Positions 10,194 to 21,155 of a DNA stretch of 31,396 bases are shown piece after piece. The notes beneath the pieces are model-generated. The model had not been told where the DNA came from. It saw only the letters and a program-made list of their open reading frames with translations, and searched no databases. A program made the translations under genes and the position numbers. The stretch lies in assembly GCA_037441385.1 (NCBI GenBank), contig JBBISH010000081.1:1-31396 (forward strand), given 5' to 3'. Position 1 is the first letter of the stretch. Every line of letters begins with the position of its first letter. The stretch is from Myxococcales bacterium. GTDB taxonomy: Bacteria > Myxococcota_A > UBA9042.

Positions 10194-12023
10194 TCACGGT
10201 TGGCGCGGCGTCTCCGCGCCGTGCGGCGGTTGCATCAGCGGGTGAGCGTGCGCCGCCAACTGCACGGTCGCGCCCACAGCAGGCAAAGGCCAGGGCTGCA
10301 GCGTCGCGCCATCCCATGCAACCCAGCGCAGCGACGGATCTTCTAGGGCAACGCCAAACCGGAACATCACTTCGGTAGGTATTCCGTCGCGGACCTCCCG
10401 CACCTGCGCGGTGGCCGTCGCGCTCGCAACCTGATCGCCCACCGCCATGGGCAAGTCGGCGGAGCGCAGAAGCAGCGAAAAGTCCTGCCCATAGAAGCCA
10501 GCGGCATCGCGCACCACCACCGTTTGCCGGTCCGGTCGCGACACGGTCAGGTCATGGGTGCCCAGGCCCAGCAGATACGTGCCCTGCGGCACCGCGCGGT
10601 CGCGCCCTTGGGCGGCCAGTGCGGCGCGCAAGTACAGGGTATACAAGACGTCTGGCAGGTTGACCACGACCAGTCGCTGCTGCGCCACGGCAGGTTCGCT
10701 GGGGATGAGCCGCAGCAGATCCGTGATGCCCACCTCGGTGCTCGGCGACTGCCGCACCATCACCAAGAACAGCAGCGGCGAAACGAGCAGATGGATGCCG
10801 CCCGCCCAAATCGCAAAGGTCGCCAGGAGGCGCCGCCGCTCGTGCCCGGCTGGTTCGCGCCACTGCGTCACGGCCAGGGCCACCAGACCCACCAAGCCGA
10901 ACCCAGGCACCAGCGCCAGCCGCGACGACGGGAAGGTGGCACAGAGCGGCACCGCCGACAGCAGCGCCCCCAGGGCCAAAAAGCGAGCATTGGCCTGACG
11001 TTTCAACACCGGCCACAGCGCCCCTGCGGCGACCAGCAGGGCCAGCGCGGCCACGGCTGCCATCCCCAGCCGCGGTCCCACCCCGACCAGGGGCCACAGG
11101 TCCGGACCCGCGCCGCCCAACTCAGACCCCAGCAGGAGCAGCAGATGCGTGGGTAGCGCTCGCACAAACGCCATGCTGCCGGGCTGCAGGTACAGCCCCG
11201 AGCCATGGGCGCCAAAATCGCCGGCCACGTAGGCCGCCAGCCACACGCCCCCTACGCCCAAGTAAGGCGCCAAGGACCGCAGTCGCTGCGCCAGGTTCCC
11301 CGACTCCAATGTCACGACGTGGGCCAGCAAGAAGGCCGCGGTCGCCAGCGCCACCTCGCCCGCAGCCAGTCCGGCGGCCAAAAAGAGCGGCGCCGCGACC
11401 GCCGCCCGCCGATCCCCGTGCAGCCGGGCGCGGTGGTGCAAGAGCAGGGCGGTCAGGCCCAAGGCGGCAGCCATCACCGCGTTGCGATTGGCCACCCAGG
11501 CCGCGGCCATGCCGTGGGTGTAGTCCGCCGCAAAAAACAGCGCCGCCAGCCCGGCCGCCCAGCCACCGACAAGCCGCCGATACAAGGCGGCCGCCACGGC
11601 GCACAGCGCCGCATACCACAGCGCCGACTGAAGGTGCGCCACCCACGCGTGCTCGGCCCACAGGCGCGCATCCAGCCAGTGCGACAGCGAAGCCAGCGGC
11701 CGAAAGTGGCGGGCGTAGCCATTCAGTTCGGCCCACCAGACGCCGTAACCCTGGTCGATTCCTGCCGTTCCTCGTGCCGCTTGCGGGAAGAAGTGGAACA
11801 CATCCCAGGGCGCGGTCTGCAGTTCGGGCAAGCGCGGGTCGCGCAGCAGGTTGGCGCGGAGCAAATGGTCGTCGGCCATCCAGCCCAGGTCCAGCGCCGT
11901 CAGCGTCAGGATCAAGCCGAGCAGGGCCGCCCAGTACCAGGGCCGCGGGCCGTCCAAGAATTGCCGAAACCGTCCGCCCCGAACCGCCGCTGCATCCTCG
12001 TTGTCCACGTCGTCCTCGCCCAT
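10194..12023 (-). CDS. Polytopic membrane protein, GT-C/PMT-like glycosyltransferase candidate
   Basis: About 10-12 hydrophobic segments, with ADDH after TM1, HFRP and W-V-A-N-R-N motifs resembling GT-C-fold loops. Start uncertain (ATG 12023 or GTG 12008). Confidence 0.65.
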   Translation of the reverse strand: MGEDDVDNEDAAAVRGGRFRQFLDGPRPWYWAALLGLILTLTALDLGWMADDHLLRANLLRDPRLPELQTAPWDVFHFFPQAARGTAGIDQGYGVWWAELNGYARHFRPLASLSHWLDARLWAEHAWVAHLQSALWYAALCAVAAALYRRLVGGWAAGLAALFFAADYTHGMAAAWVANRNAVMAAALGLTALLLHHRARLHGDRRAAVAAPLFLAAGLAAGEVALATAAFLLAHVVTLESGNLAQRLRSLAPYLGVGGVWLAAYVAGDFGAHGSGLYLQPGSMAFVRALPTHLLLLLGSELGGAGPDLWPLVGVGPRLGMAAVAALALLVAAGALWPVLKRQANARFLALGALLSAVPLCATFPSSRLALVPGFGLVGLVALAVTQWREPAGHERRRLLATFAIWAGGIHLLVSPLLFLVMVRQSPSTEVGITDLLRLIPSEPAVAQQRLVVVNLPDVLYTLYLRAALAAQGRDRAVPQGTYLLGLGTHDLTVSRPDRQTVVVRDAAGFYGQDFSLLLRSADLPMAVGDQVASATATAQVREVRDGIPTEVMFRFGVALEDPSLRWVAWDGATLQPWPLPAVGATVQLAAHAHPLMQPPHGAETPRQP

Positions 12024-12037
12024 TCGAATGAGTCGAC

Positions 12038-13894
12038 CTACTGAGCGGCGGACGTATCCATTCGCGCCAGCAGGTCCAGCAATTGTCGCGTAGTGAACGG
12101 CTTGCACAAGTAGCCGTCGAACTCGCCATCGGCCACGGTCTGCGTCACTTCCTCGGCCGAGTGGGCCGTCAAGGCCACCACCGTGGTGCGCCGGCCCGTA
12201 CCGCGCTCGCGGTGGCGCAGTTCGCGGGTGGCGTCGGCGCCGTCCATTTCTGGCATCTGCAAGTCCATGAGAACGATATCAAATCCCGCATTTTCCAGCA
12301 CCTCCAGGGCCGCCTTCCCGTTGCCCACTACCGTGACGCGATGTCCGGCCTTGGCCAGCATCAGGCGCGCGATCTCGGCATTGACCGTGTTGTCCTCGGC
12401 CAAGAGCACGTCCAGCGCGCGGCCCGGCTCCACCGGCTTGAGTGGCGGCGTCGCGGGCTCCAGGGCGGCCGGCTCGCCGCGCTGCGGCAGGGCCACCAGG
12501 AAGCTGCTGCCTTGGCCGACTACGCTCTTTACGGTGATCCGGCCGCCCATGGCGGCGACGAAGCGCGCCGAGATGGCCAGCCCAAGGCCGCTGCCGCCAA
12601 AGCGCCCAGCGACAGAGGAGTCGGCCTGCTCGAAAGGTTCGAAAATGGCCGACAACCGATCCTGGGCGATACCGGCACCGGTGTCTGCGACCAGGAACTC
12701 CAAGTGGACGCCCGCCGGTCCGGTGGCGAGCTGGACTTGGATCGTGACAAGACCGCCCGGCGAAAACTTTAGAGCGTTGTCGATCAGATTGTTCAAGACC
12801 TGCCGCACGCGGAACGGGTCGCCATAGGCGGCCACCGTGGCGGGGCACGGCAGCACTTGCAGGTCGCAGCCGCGCTTGACGGCCAACGGCGCCAGGGCCG
12901 CGGCCAGTTCGCGAACAAGTTCGGCGGCGTCAAAACGTACCCGCTGCAGCTGGGGCTGCCCCGCTTCCAGCCGCGAGAATTCAAGCACTTCGTTGACTAC
13001 GCTCAGCAGCCCCGTCGCGCTGCCGTACACGCTGGCGAGCCGGTCGTGTTGGGGCCCAGGAGTGCTGTCGGCCAATGCAAGCTCGGTCATGCCGATGATG
13101 CCGTGCAGCGGCGTGCGGATTTCGTGCGACATCCGCGCCAAAAAGGCGCTCTTGGCCCGCTCGGCCGCCATGGCGGCGGTGCTCCTTTGCTCGGCGGTCT
13201 GCAGCGCATCGGACAGGCGTTGGTTGGTCCCCTGCAGCTCGGAATTCTGGCGCGCAATGGTCGCCCGATCCAGCCAAGACCGCCGCTGGCGGCGGAACCC
13301 CAGGCGCGCCACGATCGACCCGGTGGCCGACATCAGCAAGGCGTCGGTCGCCAAGCTCGCACTCTCGGCCCGCCAACCATCCGGGTGCAGAGCTAGCGGC
13401 ACCAGCATGCCCAGCAGACCCGCAGCGAAGATGGCGGTCGACCACCACGCCGGCACTTTGAGCGCCAAACTCAAGAACAGGACGGCGGCTACGTAGTAGC
13501 CCATGGTCGGTTGAAACCAGCCAAACCAGCCCAGCAGCAGCGCCATGATGTGGAAGATCAGGCCAAGCCAAATGGCGAGCGCGGCAGCCCCCTTGTGCGC
13601 GTCAAGGCGGCCGCGGGTCACGGCGCGGTCCAGGGGCCACAGCGCGGCGCATACGAGCACAGCCACCACGCGCGTTGTTCGGACCAGCGGCAAAGCTTGG
13701 CTGGCCAGTGGCCGGTCTATGCTGGCCACCACCCACGGGTCCAGCGCCAAGAACGCCAGCATCGTGCCGGCAATGCAGATTGCCAGACCGCGCACCAGCA
13801 GCCGATGCTCGGCGACCACCTGCACGGCGAACCGGGCCGCCGGTGGCTCGGGCGGCTCCAAAGCCGGGTTGGGCTGGCTGGCGTCCGCTTGCAT
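12038..13894 (-). CDS. Membrane hybrid sensor histidine kinase (HisKA-HATPase-REC)
   Basis: Multi-TM N-terminus, AKSAFLARMSHEIRTPL H-box, NLIDNALKF, DTGAGI, GGSGLGL, receiver EDN...LMDLQMP...KP. ATG 13894 has GAGGG upstream. Confidence 0.92.
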   Translation of the reverse strand: MQADASQPNPALEPPEPPAARFAVQVVAEHRLLVRGLAICIAGTMLAFLALDPWVVASIDRPLASQALPLVRTTRVVAVLVCAALWPLDRAVTRGRLDAHKGAAALAIWLGLIFHIMALLLGWFGWFQPTMGYYVAAVLFLSLALKVPAWWSTAIFAAGLLGMLVPLALHPDGWRAESASLATDALLMSATGSIVARLGFRRQRRSWLDRATIARQNSELQGTNQRLSDALQTAEQRSTAAMAAERAKSAFLARMSHEIRTPLHGIIGMTELALADSTPGPQHDRLASVYGSATGLLSVVNEVLEFSRLEAGQPQLQRVRFDAAELVRELAAALAPLAVKRGCDLQVLPCPATVAAYGDPFRVRQVLNNLIDNALKFSPGGLVTIQVQLATGPAGVHLEFLVADTGAGIAQDRLSAIFEPFEQADSSVAGRFGGSGLGLAISARFVAAMGGRITVKSVVGQGSSFLVALPQRGEPAALEPATPPLKPVEPGRALDVLLAEDNTVNAEIARLMLAKAGHRVTVVGNGKAALEVLENAGFDIVLMDLQMPEMDGADATRELRHRERGTGRRTTVVALTAHSAEEVTQTVADGEFDGYLCKPFTTRQLLDLLARMDTSAAQ

Positions 13895-14133
13895 CGGGCC
13901 CTCACTGCCGCCGCTGCCGGCCCGCCGTGCGCCGGATCGGCACAGGCGCCCCGCTCCACGCGGCCGGAATTGGTCCAGCCAGGCCAATGTGCGCCTGTGT
14001 CCGGCGGCCCGTCAAGTGCTCGGCCGCTGCCTGCACGCCGACCGGAACGACGCTCCGGTTCGTGTCACGGTTTCGCATCGGCCCTGCGGCCCCCGATTGA
14101 CGCCGCCGCTGGGCCGGAGTAGGTAGTGCGCTG

Positions 14134-15093
14134 ATGATGTCCGTGGTCGCCGTGGCTCGCGCTCGACTGGTCCCCGCACTTGCGGGCATGGCAGCGGTGC
14201 TTGGCTGTGCACCCACCCCATCTCCACCACCGGTTGCCGCCAGCCAGGCGGCGGTGCAATGGCCCGACCGATGCGCGCCGGGGACTGAGCGCCCCGACCG
14301 CCTGCGTTTTGGCCATGCCCTGGGGCACGGCACCGAGCGAATCGCCCACGGCTACGACCGGGTAGGTGCCGAGTTGTCGGCCCAATTGGGCCTGCCGGTG
14401 GCGGTGACCGCGGCGGCAGACTACAACGCGCTGGTCCAAATGATTGGCCACGGGGCCGTCGATGTGGCGGTATTGCCGCCGGTGGCCTTCGTCCGGGCCC
14501 GCGAGCAGTTTGGCTGCCTGGGTTTGGCGGCCACCTTGGTTGGCGACGGTTCGGCCTACTATTCGGGCTACTTGGTGGCTCGCCGCAACGGCCCGGTGCA
14601 GACGACGCGCGACTTGCAGGGCCAGCGCATTGGTTTCGTAGACGATTTGTCGGCATCAGGCTGGCTCTTCCCGCTGCGGCGCTTGCTGGCCGACGGCATC
14701 GATCCCCGCGCCCAACCCAACCGGGCCGTGATGCTGGGCGACCACCAAGCGGTCATTCGCGCGACCCTTGCCGGCGAAGTTGCCGCCGGCGCTTCGTTTT
14801 TTGGCGCAATTCAGCGCGCCCGCGCCGATGGTCTGGATGTGGGCGAGCTGCGGGTGATCGCCTTGACAGGTCGCATCCCCTACGACGCTGTGGTCGTGCG
14901 GCCCGGTCTCGACGCCGCCCTGGCCGAACGCGTGGCTACGGTGCTGCACGGCCTGAATGCGAGCACGCCGCAAGGTCGCGCTGCGCTGGCGCCGCTGGCC
15001 AACATCGATGGGTTTGCCAAGTCCAGCGGCGGCCACTACTCCAGCGTAATCGAGGCCATGGCCTTGTTGGGCGCGCCCGGGGGGCAGCCGTGA
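14134..15093 (+). CDS. PhnD/PtxB-type phosphate/phosphite/phosphonate substrate-binding lipoprotein
   Basis: Lipobox VLGC, AADY, YYSGYLV, DDLSASGWLFP, GDHQAVI and IPYD motifs of the PhnD-like family. Confidence 0.85.
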   Translation: MMSVVAVARARLVPALAGMAAVLGCAPTPSPPPVAASQAAVQWPDRCAPGTERPDRLRFGHALGHGTERIAHGYDRVGAELSAQLGLPVAVTAAADYNALVQMIGHGAVDVAVLPPVAFVRAREQFGCLGLAATLVGDGSAYYSGYLVARRNGPVQTTRDLQGQRIGFVDDLSASGWLFPLRRLLADGIDPRAQPNRAVMLGDHQAVIRATLAGEVAAGASFFGAIQRARADGLDVGELRVIALTGRIPYDAVVVRPGLDAALAERVATVLHGLNASTPQGRAALAPLANIDGFAKSSGGHYSSVIEAMALLGAPGGQP

Positions 15094-16436
15094 GCCTGCG
15101 TGCGCGCATCGTCGCCTATTGCATGGGCCTGTGCTGCGCCACAGGGCTGGTGCTGGGCACGACGCTCACGATGCTGCAGTGGTCAACGCAAGAGTCCGAA
15201 ATTAGCCTGCGCGCGCGCACCTTTGCAGAGACTGTGGCGACGGCCACCGCTGCCGACCTGGCGGCGATGCGCATCGAGCAGCTCGACCGGGTGGTCAACT
15301 CACTGGTCGAGCGCAACCTGGCCGAGCTCGACATCCGCTTTGTCGCGGTGGTCGACAGCCAGAACCGCGTGCTGGCCCACAGCGACCATCGCTTCTACGG
15401 TCAGCTCGCCGATGCCAGCCTCCTGGGCGGGGCCAGCCCGACCCAAGGCGACGGCGTGCTCGACAGCGTCTGGCGCGGCGAGTCTGTAGTGGTCGCCACC
15501 CACACCGTGGCCAGCGCGGTGGCGGGTCGACCGGGTCTGGTGTGGGGCAGAGTAGTGGCCGGCGTGGGCCGCGCGCGCTTGGAAGAGGCGCGGATGCGGG
15601 CCGTGACTGTGACCGCCATCTTGGTGGTGGCGACCCTGGTCGCCTTGGGTCTGCTGCTCTATGGTTTGCTCGAAGTGCGCCTGGTGCGGCCGATTCGCAG
15701 CCTGACTCATCTGGCCCGGCGCTTGGCCGAGGGCGAGTTGTCCAGTCGCGCTGCCTCTGGGACGGCCGACGAGATCGCCGTGCTGGGCGCCGCCCTGAAC
15801 GACATGGCCGAGCGGATGGCCAACCACACCGCCCACCTCGAGGCCGCGGTCGCCGAGCGCACCGCGCGCCTGGAAGAAGCCAATCAGCAACTGGCCGCCG
15901 CCAATGCAAGCTTGCAGTCGCTTGCCAGCACCGACGCGATGACCGGTCTGCCGAATTTCAGGCAGTTTCGCGCCAGCCTGGCCGGCGAGGTCGAGCGCAG
16001 CCGCCGGTCGCACCAGCCCTTCTGCCTGCTGATGATCGACGTGGACCACTTCAAGAACTGGAACGACCGCTTTGGCCACCCGGCCGGGGACGAAGTGTTG
16101 CGCCAGCTGGGTGCGTTCTTCCGCGAGCGGGTCCGCCGCACCGACATACCGTGCCGCTATGGCGGTGAGGAATTCGCTATTATTCTCACCGGTACGGACC
16201 TGGCAGGTGGCGAGTGGGTGGCCGCGAAGCTCTGCGCCACTGTGGAGCAGGCCCACATCGGCGGTCAGCCTGGCATTGGCGTAACGGTCAGCATCGGCGT
16301 GGCGGCTTGGCCCGACCACGGCGACAGCGCCACCGCGCTGGTGGATGCCAGTGATGCCGCCCTGTATCTGGCCAAGCTGGGGGGGCGCAACCGTGCGGCG
16401 GTGGCCCAGTCGGTCAAGCAGGATCCGCCAAGCTGA
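15090..16436 (+). CDS. Membrane diguanylate cyclase (TM-sensor-TM-HAMP-GGDEF)
   Basis: Two TM helices, HAMP (RPIRSL...DEIAVLGAALNDM), TDAMTGLPN, DVDHFK..ND..GH..GD, RTD I-site region, YGGEEF active site. GTGA overlap with the upstream gene. Confidence 0.93.
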   Translation: MSLRARIVAYCMGLCCATGLVLGTTLTMLQWSTQESEISLRARTFAETVATATAADLAAMRIEQLDRVVNSLVERNLAELDIRFVAVVDSQNRVLAHSDHRFYGQLADASLLGGASPTQGDGVLDSVWRGESVVVATHTVASAVAGRPGLVWGRVVAGVGRARLEEARMRAVTVTAILVVATLVALGLLLYGLLEVRLVRPIRSLTHLARRLAEGELSSRAASGTADEIAVLGAALNDMAERMANHTAHLEAAVAERTARLEEANQQLAAANASLQSLASTDAMTGLPNFRQFRASLAGEVERSRRSHQPFCLLMIDVDHFKNWNDRFGHPAGDEVLRQLGAFFRERVRRTDIPCRYGGEEFAIILTGTDLAGGEWVAAKLCATVEQAHIGGQPGIGVTVSIGVAAWPDHGDSATALVDASDAALYLAKLGGRNRAAVAQSVKQDPPS

Positions 16437-16526
16437 GGGCAGCCGAGCATTGCCCGCGCGCGGGCAGTTCCCATTGAAGGCGCTGCCGAGGAAGCGCACA
16501 CTTTGGCAGAGCTCTGGAGGAATGCC

Positions 16527-18589
16527 ATGACCGCCCGATCGTTGCGCCTTGTCCTTGCCCTGGGAGCGCTGACCAGCACCATGGTGGCTGCGCAGTCCCT
16601 TGCCTGTGGGGGCTGTTTTTCGCCGCCGTCGGCCGACACCAAACAGACCGTGGTGCAAAACGCCGAGCGCGTGCTGTTCTTGCGCGACGACAAGACCAAG
16701 TTGGCCACTGTGTGGATTGAAGTCCTCTACGCGGGGTTGGCCCAGGATTTTGGCTGGGTTTTGCCCCTTCCCAAGGTGCCCGTGGTCTCGACCGGGCCGC
16801 GGGCCGTATTCGATGCGTTGGACCAGCGCTTGGGCTTCCGCGTGGCGGTGCGCCAGCTGCCCAGCGAGAATTGCCGCGATCCGCACCAGGGTTGCGTGCC
16901 AGGCAACAGCAAGGACGCCAGCGCGGCGATGGATGTCGCCCCACCTGATTTGCAGGGTGGCGCCGAGTGGGACGACTACAATAACCCCAAAGTCGACGGC
17001 GTGGACGTGCTGGCCCACGGCTTCACCGGCCCCTACGAGTACTCCGTGATCAAGGGCACGGAGGCGGCCAAGCTGTACGAGTGGCTGACCAAGGCTGGCT
17101 ACGCCACGCCCGAAAAAGCCAAGCCGATTCTACAGATTCATGCCGACAAGGGCGACGTGTTCCTGGCGGTCAAGCTGCAAAACGGCCAGGGCGTGCAGGC
17201 GATCAAGCCCATCGTGCTCCAGATGGACGACGCCGAGCCGTGCGTGCCGCTGCGACTGACGGCCATCGCCGCGCAAGACGACATGACCGTGACGGTCAAC
17301 CTCGCCGGGAGCGGCCGGGCGGTGGTCAAGAACTACTTTGACGTGGTGGTCAACCCGCTGCGGCTGCTGCTTTTGGACGCGAAGACCCCCGTGCCGTGCT
17401 TGCCCGACGCGGCTCCGGGCAGCGCTTGTCATGTGCCCAGCAACTACGCGCAAGTGCTGGCAGCCGCCATCGACGAAGCCGCTGGCCACGCCTTTGTGAC
17501 CGAGGCCTCGCTGCCCTCTGCCGCCGTGGGCAAGCTGTCGCCGCTGCTGGACCTGGATCTGGGCTCGCTCAAGTCGGCCAAAACACTGCTAGATGTCGCC
17601 AACTTCTTGGCCGTCTCGCCGCTGCCGCTGGATGACGATGTGGTGGCGGCCATCGCCGGGCCGGTGGGCCAGACCGGGCTGTTCATGGGCCAAACTGCCG
17701 CGGACACCCTGGCGTCGCTCAAGGCTTGCGGGCTGTACTGGAAGAAACCCAACGCTGTCGACAGCTGCACCAGTGGCAAGGTCACGCTCAGCAAGACCCA
17801 GACCGAGAAGGCCAGCGTCAAGGGCGACGCGATGGCCGCCAGCCTGCAGTCCTCCATCATCGACCCGCTGTTCAAGGTGAGCGCAGCGATCGCGATGTCG
17901 GCCCGCACCAGCCGATTGGTGCTGCGGATTTCGCCTGGCGAGATGGACCGCGATCCGGTGTTCGCTTTTTCGGCGACGCTGCCCGAGGTCAAGCCGACGC
18001 GCAATGTGCAGAAGAACACTGTGTGCATGCAGGGTTGGGCCAACGGCGACCAACGCACGCGGCTGTCCATCGACACGATGGGCTCGTGGCTGCTGGGCAA
18101 CACGGCCATCATCGACCCGCTGTTTGGCAAGACGCCGGCGGCGTGGATCGTCAACGTGCAAGACGAAGCCGGCGAGCCGCTGACGGTGGCTGCCGGCGAC
18201 ATCGCCAAGGTGGATCTGGCCATCGCCGGTGCGCTGCCGGGAGCTCCCAGCCTTCCCAAGGACTTGGTGCTCGCCCCCGCGACCGTGTGGACGCCGCCGA
18301 ACAGTGACGCGGTGCTGACCAAGGCCGGGCCGTGGATCCAGCCGGCGAATTGCACGCCCAAGCCCGGTTGGGTCAACGGCCAATTGCCGCCGCAGGGTCA
18401 GGTGGTCGACCCGCCTGTCAGCGACGCCGGCAGCAACGGCTCCCTGAGCGACACCAGCGGCGGCGCGGGAGCGGCGGGCACCGGCTCCGTGGCCCCGGCC
18501 ACTTCGTGCACCAGCCAGCGCACGGCCCCGCTTTGGCCCTGGGGGCTGCCGCTGCTGCTGGCAGTGGGGCTGCTGCGGCGACGGCGCGC

Positions 18590-18593
<4 letters not shown>
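16527..18593 (+). CDS. DUF2330 domain surface protein with MYXO-CTERM-like C-terminal anchor
   Basis: GGAGG RBS, signal peptide then CGGCF, FGWVLPLP, FLAVKL and PCVPLRLTA motifs, C-terminal SC...hydrophobic...RRRRA tail. Confidence 0.85.
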
Positions 18594-19258
<665 letters not shown>

Positions 19259-19339
19259 ACCGGCGACCCGTTGCTGCGCACTTGTCTAGCCGTGGCGCTT
19301 TCCGGTCGTCGCTCAAGCCGCCAACTGGCGCGCAAGTGG

Positions 19340-19416
19340 CACTAACTCGACCCAATTCGCGCCTCTACGGCTTGCCTGACCCGTTCTGCGACCGGCGAGA
19401 ACCAGGCGAGGTCCCC
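19340..19416 (-). mobile_element. Partial copy of the MITE-like element (hairpin half)
   Basis: attcgcgcctctacggcttgcctgacccgttctgcgaccggcgagaaccaggcgaggtcccc matches the first about 77 nt of 20960-21091. Weak similarity resumes near 19470-19515. Confidence 0.75.
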
Positions 19417-19664
19417 AACGCCGGCTCCAGGTCCACACCTGGTACCCGGCCCAGAGCGCCGACCTTGCGCACCACCAAAATCTGCGTCACGTTCAGGTCC
19501 CGTGTGTACGCAACGGTCGCCGTTCGCGTATCCTGATGCGCCGGCAAGACCTGTCTCAGCGACGGCTGCAGGCAGGGTTGGCCGTCAAGGCGGACCACGA
19601 GACGAATCCACGGGTTGAAAAGGGGGCGGTGGCGCAACGGCGTGCCCCCCAAGGTTGGGTACAG

Positions 19665-20396
19665 ATGGCCAACGTGGTGCCTGGTGCGCTGGAACGGCTG
19701 CCGTGGGACAGCGAGCATTTTGGCTTTGGCGTGGCTCGTTGGCAGGCCGGCGAGCCCGACGAGACGGAGCTGCAGGCGGCGCGGCAGCGCGGTCTCGATC
19801 TGGGAATCGCCTTGGTGTACCTGAGTTTGCGTCCTGATCACGCGGCCGGCGAGCAGGCGCTGCGCGCGGTTGGCGCGGCGCTGGTCGACCGCAAGACCAA
19901 CTTGGCCAAGCCGTTGGACGCGGCGCCGGTCTGGCCCAACGAAGTCGTCGAGTTCATGGGCACCTCGCCCACTTCTGCCTTGACCGAGTTGGCCCTGGCA
20001 AGCGGCATTCGCTCGCGCTATCTGGTGGATCCGCGGATGCCGCGCGAGTGCTTCCAAACGCTGTATCGCCTGTGGATTCAGCGCTCGGTCGCCCGCCAGA
20101 TTGCCGACGCGGTGCTAGTCGTGCCCGGCAGTCAGGTCGAAGAAGGCCTGGTGACGGTCAAGGCCGAAGGCGATGGGGTGGCTCGCATCGGTCTCATCGC
20201 GGTGGATGCCCGCTGCCGTGGCCGGGGCCTGGGCAGCCAACTCATGCGCGCGGCTGAGTGTTGGGCGGTGCAGCGCGGTTGCCGGCGCATGGAAGTCGTC
20301 ACCCAGGGCGACAATCAAGAAGCGCTGGCCCTGTACTCGCGCCTTGGCTACCGCGTGGATTGGACGCAGCACGTGTGGCATTGGTGGCTAGCTTGA
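19665..20396 (+). CDS. GNAT acetyltransferase, WecD/RffC (dTDP-fucosamine acetyltransferase)-like
   Basis: LERLPWDSEHFG, SRY..DP, LY..WI..S, IGLIAV..RGRGLG and V.TQ..N..A..LY...GY are WecD-family motifs. Start approximate. Confidence 0.85.
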   Translation: MANVVPGALERLPWDSEHFGFGVARWQAGEPDETELQAARQRGLDLGIALVYLSLRPDHAAGEQALRAVGAALVDRKTNLAKPLDAAPVWPNEVVEFMGTSPTSALTELALASGIRSRYLVDPRMPRECFQTLYRLWIQRSVARQIADAVLVVPGSQVEEGLVTVKAEGDGVARIGLIAVDARCRGRGLGSQLMRAAECWAVQRGCRRMEVVTQGDNQEALALYSRLGYRVDWTQHVWHWWLA

Positions 20397-20462
20397 CCAT
20401 GCAACAGGGCGGGCCGCCTCGCAGAGCCGCCGCGTACGGCCAAGGATGCGTCCCGCAGATGA

Positions 20463-20867
20463 CTACTTGCGGGCCGACTCAGGCCGCGCGGCGATGGCCA
20501 GGTAGCGCAGAACCATCGATTTTTCCGGTTCGGCGAGTTTGGCCTTGCCGGCCATGCGCTCGACGTGGCCTTCCCAGGCTGAGGCAGAGAACTTGGCCGG
20601 CGGGATGGCGACGTGGCAGCCGCCACAGTGCACCACATACGAGCGCCGGCCGCGGTCGAGCTGGGCCTGGTTCGCGTCGGGCCAGCGGGCCTGGGCGCGC
20701 GCCACATCGGCCGACGACGCCTGCGGGATGGCGCTGGGGCCGCAGCCGACCAAAAGCACGCCGAGCCCCCAGCCGCAGGCAAGGGCACGGCTGCGCGCGC
20801 TCGGGAATCGGCCCAAGACGAACGCAGAGCCCAGTGGTTTGCAGAACCAGTCCAAGGTGTCGCGCAT
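20463..20867 (-). CDS. Small monoheme cytochrome c lipoprotein
   Basis: LLVGC lipobox, CGGCH heme-binding motif, W..HV.RM distal Met candidate. Confidence 0.8.
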   Translation of the reverse strand: MRDTLDWFCKPLGSAFVLGRFPSARSRALACGWGLGVLLVGCGPSAIPQASSADVARAQARWPDANQAQLDRGRRSYVVHCGGCHVAIPPAKFSASAWEGHVERMAGKAKLAEPEKSMVLRYLAIAARPESARK

Positions 20868-20889
20868 GCGCAAATCCCGCCGCCTGTTG

Positions 20890-21155
20890 TACGTGCTCCG
20901 TCCGAAGCGTAGCGAAACTCCCCGCCCTACAGCGGGCCCGAATTGGGTTCCCCGTCTAATACGCACCCCACCTGATTCGCGCCTGTACGGCTTTTCTGAC
21001 CCGTTCTGCAACTGGCGAGAATCAGGCGGGGACCCCGGTTCGGGCCCGAAGAATTGCCCGAGTTTTCGATCCGATTCGGACGGAATTGGTATAAATCTCG
21101 CCGGTTGCAGGACAGCTGTCCAAGTCGTCCAGGCGCGATTCCGCTGGGGTTCGCC
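20890..21155 (+). mobile_element. Older MITE copy (20890-20959 plus 21095-21155) split by a nested copy
   Basis: The left part aligns without gaps to the first 70 nt of 9203-9334 and the right part to the remainder. Rejoining at one TAA gives 131 bp. Confidence 0.8.
20960..21091 (-). mobile_element. 132-bp MITE-like element, intact, TAA target duplication, nested
   Basis: TAA at 20957-20959 and 21092-21094. TAC...GTA ends. 88% identical to the copy at 9203-9334 in the opposite orientation. Confidence 0.9.

Noticed and set aside
20868..21011. N-terminal extension of the cytochrome c ORF to 21011
   Set aside because: The extension runs through MITE sequence. The lipoprotein signal supports a start near 20867.
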